Position numbers and translations under genes: made by a program. From Candidatus Binatia bacterium (GTDB taxonomy: Bacteria > Desulfobacterota > Binatia > Bin18): DNA of 64,000 nt. Where the stretch lies: positions 1 through 64,000 of the forward strand of contig CAXXHG010000038.1 in the NCBI GenBank assembly GCA_963666315.2, written 5' to 3'. How positions within the stretch are numbered: position 1 is the first letter of the stretch; the number at the start of each line of letters is the position of its first letter. This document shows, piece by piece, positions 42,220-52,162 of the stretch. The notes beneath the pieces were generated by a model, which saw nothing but the letters and a program-made list of their open reading frames with translations, was not told the origin of the DNA and did no database searches.

Positions 42220-43037
42220 GTCGTATGCCAACAAACCCGCGTCTCATGAAGCGCATCTTGTCCCCGTTCATCGTCAACGAAGTGCACAAAGTCGGCCTCA
42301 AGCGGATTGTTGTCGGTCTCTCCGGAGGCGTAGATTCGGCGCTGAGTACATGTCTAGCGGCTGAGGCGCTCGGGCCGGAGAACGTGCTTGCGGTAAAAAT
42401 GCCGTACAAGACTTCTAGCCAGGAGAGTATTGAACACGCGGACTTAGTAATTGCAGCGACTGGTATTGCGTCGATGACGGTTGATATCTCCGCCCAAGTT
42501 GATGCCTATTTTACGCGCTTCGCCGATGCCAATAACCTGCGCCGCGGTAATAAGATGGCACGCGAGCGGATGACTATTCTGTACGACCAGTCTGCACGCT
42601 GGGATGCGCTTGTGCTTGGTACGAGCAATAAAACTGAATTGCTCCTGGGCTATGGGACGCTGTTCGGCGATATGGCCTCAGCTCTTAATCCGCTTGGAGA
42701 CCTGTATAAGACCCAGGTCTGGGCGTTGTCAGACTTCGTCGGTGTTCCCAAACCTATTGTGACAAAACAACCCTCCGCAGATCTATGGGCTGGGCAGACG
42801 GATGAGGAAGAGCTTGGTTTTTCGTATCAGGACGTTGATGAGCTGTTGTACTTAATGGTCGATCAACGTTACTCAAGTGAAGAACTGCTTGCTGCCGGGT
42901 TCCACGCACCATTCATCGATCAGATCACCCAGCGCATCATGAACTCGCAGTATAAGCGCCGCCTGCCGGTGATAGCCAAGGTTTCCCAACGGACTATTGA
43001 CCGCGACTTTCGTTACGCCCGTGATTGGGGCCGCTAA
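42216..43037 (+). CDS. nadE: NH3-dependent NAD+ synthetase
   Basis: [36 protein letters not shown]. Confidence 0.93.
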   Translation: MSRMPTNPRLMKRILSPFIVNEVHKVGLKRIVVGLSGGVDSALSTCLAAEALGPENVLAVKMPYKTSSQESIEHADLVIAATGIASMTVDISAQVDAYFTRFADANNLRRGNKMARERMTILYDQSARWDALVLGTSNKTELLLGYGTLFGDMASALNPLGDLYKTQVWALSDFVGVPKPIVTKQPSADLWAGQTDEEELGFSYQDVDELLYLMVDQRYSSEELLAAGFHAPFIDQITQRIMNSQYKRRLPVIAKVSQRTIDRDFRYARDWGR

Positions 43038-43038
43038 C

Positions 43039-43872
43039 GTGCCCGGCTCCCTTTACATCATTGCGACACCGATCGGTAATCTTGAAGATATCACCCTACG
43101 CGCCTTGCGCGTACTCAAAGAGGTTGACCTGATTGCGGCGGAAGACACCCGCCATACCAGAAAATTGCTCTCGCATTACGAGATTGCAACCCGGCTGACA
43201 AGCTACCATGACCACATCGAAGCAAGCAAAGCTCCGGTGCTGGTGGCGGAATTGCAGTCAGGAAAAAATATCGCCTTGGTCAGTGATGCTGGTACGCCGT
43301 GTATCTCCGACCCCGGCTATCGTTTGGTGAAAAGTGCAGCAGAGGCGGGTATTGCTGTTATTCCGATTCCTGGCCCGTCCATGCTGACGGCGCTCCTGAG
43401 CGTTGGTGGTTTACCTACCGATCGTTTCGCCTTTGAAGGATTTCTGCCTGCGAAAAAGAGTCAGCGTCAGAAGATATTGCAGGGACTCCAGCGTGAAGAA
43501 CGTACTTTGGTTTTCTATGAATCTCCGCACCGGCTAGTCAGTACACTCACTGATCTCGAAGGACTTTTTGGTGACCGTCAGCTAGTGCTAGGGCGAGAGT
43601 TCACCAAGAAGTTTGAGGAAATCCGACGTGGAAAAGTGAGGACCGTCCTTGCGGATTTATACGGGCGACAAGTGAAAGGAGAGGTGGCGCTGTTGGTATC
43701 CGGCTGGGACGGCCGGGAAGAAGCATCTTCAGAGCTAGCGGCGCAAGGGCTCATGCAGCAGCTTTTGACACAAGAGCTGCCGCTTAAGGAAGCGGCGCGC
43801 ATTGTCAGTGAACAGTGCGGAATGTCAAAACGTGAGGCCTATACACTAGGCATAAAAATAAAGGCCAGCTGA
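43039..43872 (+). CDS. rsmI: 16S rRNA (cytidine1402-2'-O)-methyltransferase
   Basis: LYIIATPIGNLEDIT.RA, AEDTR, SDAGTPCISDPG, YESPHR. Confidence 0.95.
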   Translation: MPGSLYIIATPIGNLEDITLRALRVLKEVDLIAAEDTRHTRKLLSHYEIATRLTSYHDHIEASKAPVLVAELQSGKNIALVSDAGTPCISDPGYRLVKSAAEAGIAVIPIPGPSMLTALLSVGGLPTDRFAFEGFLPAKKSQRQKILQGLQREERTLVFYESPHRLVSTLTDLEGLFGDRQLVLGREFTKKFEEIRRGKVRTVLADLYGRQVKGEVALLVSGWDGREEASSELAAQGLMQQLLTQELPLKEAARIVSEQCGMSKREAYTLGIKIKAS

Positions 43873-44197
43873 AGATGGCACGATACCGATACTGCAGCCA
43901 CAATGCTCCAGCAACAAAGAACAGGCCCTTGACTTGACTCTTCAAAAAAGAGTACTAGGAGGGAGACAGACGGGTTTGGGGAAGTTTGTGGTTAGGGAAT
44001 GTGGTCCACCAGACACCCGAATGGAGGCCGCCTACCACTATGCGAAACCAGGAGTCTACAGCTAGCTCCTCGCCTTCAGGTGAACATAAGCAGTTTGCTT
44101 ATTCTGCTTGCTCTGCTCTTTCCGGCCTGATCGCCTTCCCTGTCGTCCTTCCTTTCCTCGGCTTTGATTATTCCTTAGACGCTGCAGGAGGAAAGCC

Positions 44198-45103
44198 ATG
44201 AGCCAGCTCCGGCGCATTATTATTGGCCATGATCTGGGAGCAGGTTCTGAGAGCGCGGTGCAATCTGCAGTCGCCCTCGCCTCTCGCTATGGTGCTGCCC
44301 TGCGTTTCGTCCATGTCATTGAGCCGGTCCATACGTACCAGCGCTTATCGCACCCGTTCACGCCTCCGTACACTCCGGAAGAACTGGCGCAACAGGCCGG
44401 GGCAAAGCTGGAGGCCCTTGTCAGCAGCCCGGCTTTCGTCTCGCTGCATGCAGAATATGAGGTGCGCGTAGGGAAACCTTTTGTTGAACTCATCCTAGCC
44501 CGGCGTGCGTGGCAGGCCGACCTCATTATCGTTGGTGGACCGATAGACCAAGCTGGCCCCTTGCTGGGTGGAACAAGTGAGCGGCTGGTACGCAAGGCTC
44601 TGGTCCCGGTTCTCATTACAAAACGGCCCCTGTCTGCTGCTACCAAAACCTTCTTGCTGCCCACAGATTTTTCTCCCGCATCAAAGCAAGCGGCGCAGGA
44701 GGCGTTAACCCTTGCCGCGAGTTTTGACGGGCGGGTGATCTTCTTCCACGCCATAGACCTCTCCTACGGGTACGGGGCTGTGGTTGGGGCCGACATGCCG
44801 GCTTTCTCACCCGCTCCGCTCTTAACAGAGGAAGATATCGAAGGGGAATGGCAGGCTTTTCTTGCCGATCTTCCGCTCCAGGATATCTCCTGGGAACGTC
44901 GCACAGTGAGTGGACCCGCGGGGACTTCTATTGTGAACCAGGCAGACGAGTGTCAGGCCGATGTCATTGTGATGAGCACCCATGGCCGGAATGGACTCAC
45001 CCATATGCTGTTAGGCAGTGTGACCGAAGAGGTTGTACGAACGGCGCACAGCCTCATCCTGACCATTCGACCGGGTGCATTTCAGTTTGAGCTGCCGCAA
45101 TAA
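44198..45103 (+). CDS. Tandem universal stress protein
   Basis: Two USP domains: DLIIVG..LGGTSERLVR and PTDFS..HGR.G..LLGSVTEEVVR. Confidence 0.92.
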   Translation: MSQLRRIIIGHDLGAGSESAVQSAVALASRYGAALRFVHVIEPVHTYQRLSHPFTPPYTPEELAQQAGAKLEALVSSPAFVSLHAEYEVRVGKPFVELILARRAWQADLIIVGGPIDQAGPLLGGTSERLVRKALVPVLITKRPLSAATKTFLLPTDFSPASKQAAQEALTLAASFDGRVIFFHAIDLSYGYGAVVGADMPAFSPAPLLTEEDIEGEWQAFLADLPLQDISWERRTVSGPAGTSIVNQADECQADVIVMSTHGRNGLTHMLLGSVTEEVVRTAHSLILTIRPGAFQFELPQ

Positions 45104-45349
45104 AAGTGGCGAAAAAACGAAGTGTCATGACGCTTGGCTGGGCGTAGCACGAACTCGTTTCGATTGGCGTATGCCTGTCTTGCTCCTAACGAAAAACAGC
45201 GGCAAGAGGAGGGAATATGGAAGTCACCCAAACAAAGGCTACCGAGTCGAGTCTTGCGGCAATTTCTTCAACAGAACTTTCGCAACTCCTCCAAGAAGGC
45301 ATTGTTGCCCGCGTTCCGCCGACATCGGGCGAAAATTGGCCGGCAGCAT

Positions 45350-46238
45350 CGCCCGGTGGCACGCTTTCGCTCGCACATTGTGTCGCTTTGGAGTGCACGT
45401 ACTCTTTATACCATCCTATCCCAAGCTGCCGGGGCTCGTGTATCCAGCTGATGCGGGATTTGTGTTCGCTCTAGATACGCCTATCCCTCTCCGTAGCTAG
45501 ACTTTTTATTTGTCTAATCTTTTACCGTCCCGGGCCGGCGAACAGCCCGTATATAAAAAATTTCTCGAACAGTGCGGCCTATGTCCGATGCTGGTGAACC
45601 CACGCTTCGACGGGGAAGCTGATTTCTTTCCAGCCGGGGCGTATTATCTTTTTACGTACGGCCGCCTTGAGCGACAGCGTTTCCGCTTGCGTTTTGGCTT
45701 GCTTCCATACTAGCGAGTCTACGGATTTCGCACCGATTTTACGGTCCTGAGTGAGCTACAACAGCGCGTGGCAGATACCGAAATTATTCCGCTCGAACTC
45801 AGGAATGAAGCCCACTATCACGGCGATACCGTCCTGCGTGCTTTCGGTCCGGGACGCCGTTTTCTCTTAGCCTATCTCGATGGGTTTACGCCAGCTGCCG
45901 CTGCCTGTCTCCGGGATCTCTTCCAGGGCGATCTGCTCCCACTTTCCTGTGCCGATGCCGCTCTGTATGCGGCCAACTCGTTTACGCTCGAACAGAACGG
46001 TCGAGCCTATCTGTTTATGCCAGACGGTGTGAGTGCGGCGCTCCAGGTCCAGGTGCGCGAGCGTAGGGTTGAGCCGGTGCTCGTTAATGTATCCGAATTC
46101 TTACGCAAAGGCGGCGGAGCGGTGTAATGTATGCTAGGCGACCTTGGCCCTCATGAGGAAGAGGAACTCAGTCCGGAGCAGCGGGATTTTCGTCGAGAAC
46201 GAGACTATCGCAATTTGTTTGGGACAGTAGGCATATAA
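45350..46238 (+). pseudogene. Amidinotransferase / arginine deiminase-related (pentein) protein with three in-frame stops
   Basis: One frame: WHAFARTL..LPGLVYPADAG..*..FDGEADF..*..YHGDT..SEFLRKGGGAV*CM; stops at 45498, 45711 and 46125; 5' end uncertain. Confidence 0.75.
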
Positions 46239-46273
46239 ACGTTGGAGTCTAGGGTCTTTCCAGACACCCTCCG

Positions 46274-46702
46274 CTACTGTTGGATGTACTCCCTCAAATA
46301 TCGATTCTCAAATTCAGTTGCTTCGAGCTGAGCTTTCACCACATCCCCTATAGAAATCAGGCCTTCGAGGCGGCCTTCATCCAAGATAGGGAGATGACGA
46401 ATACGGTTTTGCGTCATGACTCCCATGATATAGCCGACCTCATCGTCCGGAATGCTAATAATGAGGTCTTTGGTCATGACCTGCTGTACCAGGGTAGTTT
46501 TCACCTGCTCACTGCGTGCCGTACATTCGCGTAGAATATCTCGCTCTGTGATGATGCCGATTACCTGTCCTTGGTCGTCGAGGACTATGAGCGATCCAAT
46601 GTGGTGGGTGATCATAGTTTGCATGGCTGTATGAACTGTGACGTCTGGTTGAATGCTGATCACGTTTGTTTCCTTGGCGCGAAGGATGTCTTTGACTTGC
46701 AT
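46274..46702 (-). CDS. CBS domain protein
   Basis: GIITERDI, RIRHLPI, LISIGDVVK. Confidence 0.92.
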   Translation of the reverse strand: MQVKDILRAKETNVISIQPDVTVHTAMQTMITHHIGSLIVLDDQGQVIGIITERDILRECTARSEQVKTTLVQQVMTKDLIISIPDDEVGYIMGVMTQNRIRHLPILDEGRLEGLISIGDVVKAQLEATEFENRYLREYIQQ

Positions 46703-47116
46703 GGCTGTCTGACCTCCTGGAGCACAGTGTCCGTCTCCTGTTCCGCCCTCCTGACCCTCTGTATCACTAGGTGATAGATTGTAACCTCGATCTTTTGTCA
46801 GACAAAGTCAAGAAAAAATGCCCCGGCCTCTTGACTCTTATTGACTGAATGCTAGCAGGAAATGGTACAGAGCTTGTAGGCGGTTGTGGTACGGGGATGG
46901 TGGCAGCCTCTTCAAGTAAGGAGGGCCCCAGGCCGTGGTAGACCAGGGGTTATCATATGACTCCTGTCCTACGGACAAGCGTGCCTTTCGCGGCGCCATT
47001 GTGCGTCGGGCCCTTCCCGGTGCTCTTCTTCTCCCGTCCCATTTCTTTTTTCCACACACCTCTAGGTTCACCCGCGAAGTAGCTCAAAAGATTTGCGGCT
47101 CAAGAAGAAAAGAAGA

Positions 47117-47485
47117 ATGACACGCCTAGAACAATACGACGGTGAGCATGGACGGAGTCGAAAGCCTCGGCCCCGAGTTGCCGCTCTCGATCACGGTGAT
47201 TTTGCCTTAATGTGCGCGGTTCTTGAGGATGCCTTGAAATGTTTTCAGCATCAGCTTGTTCCGGGCAGCAAGCGTGAGCAACGCCTTGCGCAAGAAGCCG
47301 AAGAATGGCTCTTTGCGGACGATGCGCGCTGGCCATTTTCCTTTGTGAATATCTGCTCGGCCTTGGACCTGAGTCCTGAACGTGTTCGTCTTGGGCTTGC
47401 GCGTTGGCGTCACCGGGCGAGCTTTGAGCAGCACTTGCAGAAGACTCATCTCAGCTCTCCCCAGGACCGTGGGAAATATCATTAA
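47117..47485 (+). CDS. Hypothetical protein
   Basis: Protein-like helical pattern LMCAVLEDALKCF..EAEEWL..WPFSF.NIC.AL.L.P..VR; function unknown. Confidence 0.65.
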   Translation: MTRLEQYDGEHGRSRKPRPRVAALDHGDFALMCAVLEDALKCFQHQLVPGSKREQRLAQEAEEWLFADDARWPFSFVNICSALDLSPERVRLGLARWRHRASFEQHLQKTHLSSPQDRGKYH

Positions 47486-47505
47486 TGGAAATGACGGAGA
47501 TCGCT

Positions 47506-48387
47506 TTAGCCTTGCAGGAATTCAAGCAGCATACGATTGATCTCATCCGGTTTTTCTTGATGGGTAAAGTGTCCGGCATCTGCGATAATTTCTTTCCGCA
47601 GTCCTTTGGGGAAGTATTGTTCTATGCCATCACTGAGTTCGACTCCGATGCAGCCGTCTTTGGCCCCGTGGAAGTACAGAGTCGGGACCTGAATCGGATC
47701 CCCGGTTAACACATGTTCTTGGATGTCCGCCAATTCCGGCACATGGTGGGCCGGATTCAGGGTGTGGCGATAATAATTGAGCGCGGCTTGGAGAACGCCC
47801 GGCTTCTTAAACGTCTCTTTCAGTGCGGCCATCTCCTCGGGGGGATACTCCCAGCCCGGAGACCAATCTTGCCAGATGCGTTCAATAAACGCGAAGTCGT
47901 TCAGCGCAACCGCGTCATCAGCAAACGGCATCTGGAAAAAGAACATATACCACGATCGGCGCTGCTGAGCCTGGCTGGTGATGAAAGACTCAAGGAGGCC
48001 AGGCCCGTGCGGAACCGCAATAGTGACCAGCTTGGTAATCTTTTCCGAGGCTATGACTGCGGCCGCATGGGCTGCTGCCGCGCCCCAATCGTGTCCGATC
48101 AAAACGCATGAACCTCCGCCCAGCTGGTCGATGAGCGCAAGAGTATCCTGCACGAGTGCGGCTGCCTGATACGGACCGTTGGGCGGAACGTCTGTTGGCG
48201 CATAGCCGCGCAAGTACGGGGCAACGGCCCGGTAGCCGGCTTTGGCAAGCACCGGCAACTGGTAGCGAAACGATGGGGCGTGATCTGGAAATCCATGCAG
48301 ACACAGCGTGAGCGGCCCCTCGCCCAGTTCAAGACAGTGAAAGGTCAGGCCGTTGGCTTGGACGGTCGTATTCTTGAACACCGACAT
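47506..48387 (-). CDS. Epoxide hydrolase-like alpha/beta hydrolase
   Basis: LHGFP, RGY, GHDWG, SWY, YYR, GHF. Confidence 0.9.
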   Translation of the reverse strand: MSVFKNTTVQANGLTFHCLELGEGPLTLCLHGFPDHAPSFRYQLPVLAKAGYRAVAPYLRGYAPTDVPPNGPYQAAALVQDTLALIDQLGGGSCVLIGHDWGAAAAHAAAVIASEKITKLVTIAVPHGPGLLESFITSQAQQRRSWYMFFFQMPFADDAVALNDFAFIERIWQDWSPGWEYPPEEMAALKETFKKPGVLQAALNYYRHTLNPAHHVPELADIQEHVLTGDPIQVPTLYFHGAKDGCIGVELSDGIEQYFPKGLRKEIIADAGHFTHQEKPDEINRMLLEFLQG

Positions 48388-48398
48388 GGCTGCCCTCC

Positions 48399-49616
48399 TT
48401 ACTGAGGAATAGTCCTGTTTTCTCGCAATTTTGCCATCTCTTCCCATGAATATCCGGCGGCCAAGAGAACTTCTTCTGTATTTTGCCCAGGCTCAGGTGC
48501 GGCGTGTCGAATGGTGGCTGGTGTCTCACTGAAATCGACCGGACTGGCTACCATTTCGATTTGCCGGCCGGAAGAATGGGCGACCGGAACAAACGCACCG
48601 TTCGCTTTTGTCTGAGGGTCATTGATGACGTCTTCAACTGTTTGGACCGGTCCCCAGAACAAGCCCGCAGTGTCGAGCAGGAGCGCCCATTCTGCTTGTG
48701 TTTTTTCCACGAAGATGGGGTCTAGGAGGGCTATCAACTCTGCAGCGTTCTGGCTGCGCAGGGCAGTATCCGCAAAGCGTGGATCATGCGTTAAATCCTT
48801 GCGATCGATGGCCTCACAAAATGTCGGCCAGTGCCGGTCACTTTGCAGCATGACCAGATAGAGCCATTTCCCATCTTTGGCTTGGTAGCAATTGAACAAT
48901 GGATTGCCCGCAGCCTTTCGGCTCATGCGCGGAATATCTTGTCGTGTGAGCAGCGCGGTTTGAATATCAATGGAATTGACCCATACAGCTGTCCGGTACA
49001 GGGACAAGCCGACTTCCTGGCCGACTCCGGTTCGTTCTCTGGCAAACAGGGCTGCCGAAGTCGCTGCAGCGACACTCAGCGTGGTGGTGTGATCGCCCAT
49101 GCCGGGCCTCTGACTCGGTGGCGGGGCATCGGGTTCGCCCATAGTAGCCATGATGCCGGAACGGGCCCAAAAACCGGCATAGTCAAAAGCCGCTCGGTCA
49201 CGCTCCGGCCCGGTCTTGCCATATCCCGTCACCCCGACATAAATCAGCTTGGTATTATGGGCGCGCAACGTCTCGTAATCGAGATGATAGCGCTCCAGGG
49301 CGCCCGGCCGCAGATTCGTCAAGAACACATCTGCATCTTGGATGAGCCGATAGACGATAGTCTGCCCTTCTTCCGTGCGGATATTGACGGCCACACTTTT
49401 TTTATTGCGATTGTCTATTTCAAACGCACCATTAATCGTGAGACCAGAGCTGGCTCCAATTCCAGTGGTGAGAAACCCGCGAAAGGGATCGCCGCCATCA
49501 GGATCTTCGATTTTGACAACGTCCGCACCCCAGTCGGCCAGGATGGCTCCCCCTCCGGGGCCGGCGGCCCACATTGCGACTTCAACAACCTTGATCCCTG
49601 TAAGCGCTCCATCCAT
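48399..49616 (-). CDS. CaiB/BaiF class III CoA-transferase
   Basis: AAGP, DWGADVVKIE, NRNKKS, AFD, APEPGQ. Confidence 0.92.
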   Translation of the reverse strand: MDGALTGIKVVEVAMWAAGPGGGAILADWGADVVKIEDPDGGDPFRGFLTTGIGASSGLTINGAFEIDNRNKKSVAVNIRTEEGQTIVYRLIQDADVFLTNLRPGALERYHLDYETLRAHNTKLIYVGVTGYGKTGPERDRAAFDYAGFWARSGIMATMGEPDAPPPSQRPGMGDHTTTLSVAAATSAALFARERTGVGQEVGLSLYRTAVWVNSIDIQTALLTRQDIPRMSRKAAGNPLFNCYQAKDGKWLYLVMLQSDRHWPTFCEAIDRKDLTHDPRFADTALRSQNAAELIALLDPIFVEKTQAEWALLLDTAGLFWGPVQTVEDVINDPQTKANGAFVPVAHSSGRQIEMVASPVDFSETPATIRHAAPEPGQNTEEVLLAAGYSWEEMAKLRENRTIPQ

Positions 49617-49694
49617 GTTGAGCCCCCTTATGTCTGCCTGCTTCTCTCTGCTCGGGCTATGCCTGATCCACTGGCATAGTGTCAAGGGCGAGGA

Positions 49695-50138
49695 CTAGGA
49701 GGACAGATATTGAACCGTAGCCCTGGCAACCGGGCTAAAGGCCTCAGCTACGGTGTCCGTCAGTTCTGAGAGTGGCACCCAGCGCCGCTGCCGGTCGGTT
49801 TCGTATGCAGTCACTGCTCCTGTGACTTGAGCGGCAAAGAATGAGAAGCGGTTCGTTTTCCTTTTCCCTTCGAGCTCGAGCACTTTGAGCAACGGCCCGG
49901 TCTCGATGATATACCCACTTTCTTCCCTACACTCTCGGGCTGCAGCCTGCTCGAGTGTCTCTCCGGGATCGACCGTGCCGACCGGGAAGATCCATGAATC
50001 GTGATGTTGCCGAGCGGTAATGATGAGAATTTCATAACTCCGCTGCGCTGCCCGGCGGTATGCCACAACGCCGGCCTTTTGGCCTTCTACACGAGTAGGA
50101 TGTTGAGAGGCCTCTTGTTCCGTCATTTGTGTTGCCAT
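49695..50138 (-). CDS. NUDIX hydrolase
   Basis: GTVDPGETLEQAAARECREESG Nudix box. Confidence 0.9.
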   Translation of the reverse strand: MATQMTEQEASQHPTRVEGQKAGVVAYRRAAQRSYEILIITARQHHDSWIFPVGTVDPGETLEQAAARECREESGYIIETGPLLKVLELEGKRKTNRFSFFAAQVTGAVTAYETDRQRRWVPLSELTDTVAEAFSPVARATVQYLSS

Positions 50139-50266
50139 GAGTTTTCTTTATTTCGGACAACGATCGGTGACACCGACTCCTCGGGGACCCGAGTCCTCGG
50201 GGCATCTGCTTGTCCATTTGGGAAGTCTATCGTATTACCCATCGGAATACTTGTGGGGAGTTGGCT

Positions 50267-51712
50267 ATGAGCATCAAGACTGTCCGTTTCGACGAGGGTC
50301 GAGATAATGGGGCTAACGCCCCATCCGCAGGAGGAGTGAGATTGCATGCCTTTGTCATTGCCGGTACACACAGCGGTGTTGGAAAAACCACTGTTACGTT
50401 GGGGCTGCTTGCCGCCTTACGCAAAAGAGGTCTCGCCGTCCAGCCGTTCAAAGTCGGGCCGAATTTTATTGACCCTGGCCATCATACCACCGTGACCGGT
50501 GTGCCCTCCAGAAATCTCGATGGCTGGATGCTGTCACAAGAATATAATCAAGACACGTTTAGACACAATATTCAGCGTCATGACGTTGGAGTTATCGAAG
50601 GGGTGATGGGCCTTTTCGATGGTTATGACGGCAAGAGCGAAGCCGGCAGTACGGCCGAAATGGCCAAATGGCTTGGCTTGCCGGTTATCCTTGTTGTGGA
50701 TGCCTCGGCCATGGCGCGGCGTACTGCCGCGTTGATCCACGGTTTTCAAAGTTTTGATCCGAACCTCAATGTTACAGGAGTAATTTTTAATCGCATTGGC
50801 GGTCCCGGTCATCTGCAATATCTTTGTGGAGCACTTGAGGGGAGGCCGGATATCGTAGTGCTGGGTGGATTATCACACACCGCAGACATCACCATCCCTG
50901 AACGACACTTAGGACTGGTGACTCCGGAAGAACATCGATTAGGCGCGGAAAATATTGGGCGTCTGGCGACTTTCATTGAAGACAAAGTCGACCTTGATCG
51001 CCTGCTTCGGACTACGCAGTTTACCCAACCCCCAACTCCTGTTTCGCCATCCTCTACGGCGAACAGGGAGAGGCGGCGAGACAAGCGTGTCCGTTTCGGC
51101 ATCGCCCGCGATGAGGTCTTCTGTTTTTATTATCCGGAGAATCTGGAACTCTTAGAACGAGCGGGTGCTGCGCTCGTTTTCTTCAGCCCGCTGCATGACG
51201 TGCACCTACCACCGGACCTGCAGGGCATCCACCTGGGCGGTGGCTACCCGGCGGTGCATGCCGCTCAACTCTCATCAAATGTAACCATGCGCCAAGAAAT
51301 AAAAGCATTCATTGAAGACGGCAAGACCGTGTGTGCGGAGTGCGGTGGGTTTATGTATCTGACCCGGGGGACACGGACTACGCAGGGAAAATACTTTCCC
51401 ATGGTGGACATTTATCCAACGGTGGTCCGCATGTTGTCGCGCCGCAGCGCGCTGGGATATACCGAGGTTGAGATAGCCGCCACAGAAATGGATTTTCCTC
51501 CGCTACGGCTGCGCGGGCACGAATTTCACTACTCCGAATCAGAGCAGGACATAGCGCGTGACACGATCAAGACGATCTACCAAGTTCGTCAGCGCCCGAC
51601 GGACCCGCCTCGGTCTGAAGGCTATGTCTACAAACGCTGCCTCGCGAGTTATGCGCATCTACATTTTGGGAGTAATCCGGAATTTGTGGAGCGTTTGGTT
51701 TCGGGAACATAG
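50267..51712 (+). CDS. cobB: Cobyrinate a,c-diamide synthase
   Basis: SGVGKTT, FKVGPNFIDP, IEGVMGLFDG, ERHLGL, FYY.EN, AECGG, GHEFHYS; start uncertain (50267/50336). Confidence 0.92.
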   Translation: MSIKTVRFDEGRDNGANAPSAGGVRLHAFVIAGTHSGVGKTTVTLGLLAALRKRGLAVQPFKVGPNFIDPGHHTTVTGVPSRNLDGWMLSQEYNQDTFRHNIQRHDVGVIEGVMGLFDGYDGKSEAGSTAEMAKWLGLPVILVVDASAMARRTAALIHGFQSFDPNLNVTGVIFNRIGGPGHLQYLCGALEGRPDIVVLGGLSHTADITIPERHLGLVTPEEHRLGAENIGRLATFIEDKVDLDRLLRTTQFTQPPTPVSPSSTANRERRRDKRVRFGIARDEVFCFYYPENLELLERAGAALVFFSPLHDVHLPPDLQGIHLGGGYPAVHAAQLSSNVTMRQEIKAFIEDGKTVCAECGGFMYLTRGTRTTQGKYFPMVDIYPTVVRMLSRRSALGYTEVEIAATEMDFPPLRLRGHEFHYSESEQDIARDTIKTIYQVRQRPTDPPRSEGYVYKRCLASYAHLHFGSNPEFVERLVSGT

Positions 51713-51809
51713 TTTTCTTGTCTGATAATTCCGCTGAATCTCTGTTTGCTCCGCTTGCACTGTTTGCAACGCTTGACACTTACGCAACCCTCCGATACCA
51801 ACGGTCCTG

Positions 51810-51998
51810 AATCTCGCTTGAGGTGCCCATACGGGGTGAAAAGGGAAGTCGGTGCGAAGCCGACGCGGTCCCGCCACTGTGATGGGGGAGCCTGTCTCTA
51901 TTACGCCACTGCCTGCCAAAGCAGGTGGGAAGGCTGAAGACGGGTGCTGAGGTTTGAGCCTCTAACCCCCTAAGCCAGGAAACCTGCCTGAAGCCATG
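51810..51998 (+). promoter_or_regulatory. Cobalamin riboswitch
   Basis: GGTGC..AAAAGGGAAGTCGGTGCGAAGCCGACGCGGTCCCGCCACTGT..GCCACTG..GGGAAGG..AGCCAGGAAACCTGCC (B12 box), upstream of a TonB receptor. Confidence 0.95.
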
Positions 51999-52162
51999 AA
52001 CCGGCCTCTCCGCGGAGAGAGAAAGGGTTCAGCGTGTTATTTCATCGAGTCGTGTCCCACCGCCTGTTCCATATAGGCAGGCCTGCGGCACGATCTTCTC
52101 AAGTTTTTCAACACGACTGTTCCTGTTTCTCTCCTGGCGGAAGGCTTCCACGAGGAGGGAAG

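Noticed and set aside
43935-46970. CTTCAA loops near 43940 and 46910 as possible tRNA-Sec anticodon arms
   Set aside because: No T-arm (GTTCGA) or acceptor stem; no cloverleaf can be built
35686-49679. Long antisense ORFs (e.g. 35686..36564, 48831..49679; also 13492..14136 and 59736..60392)
   Set aside because: Shadow frames opposite well-supported genes, with no recognisable motifs
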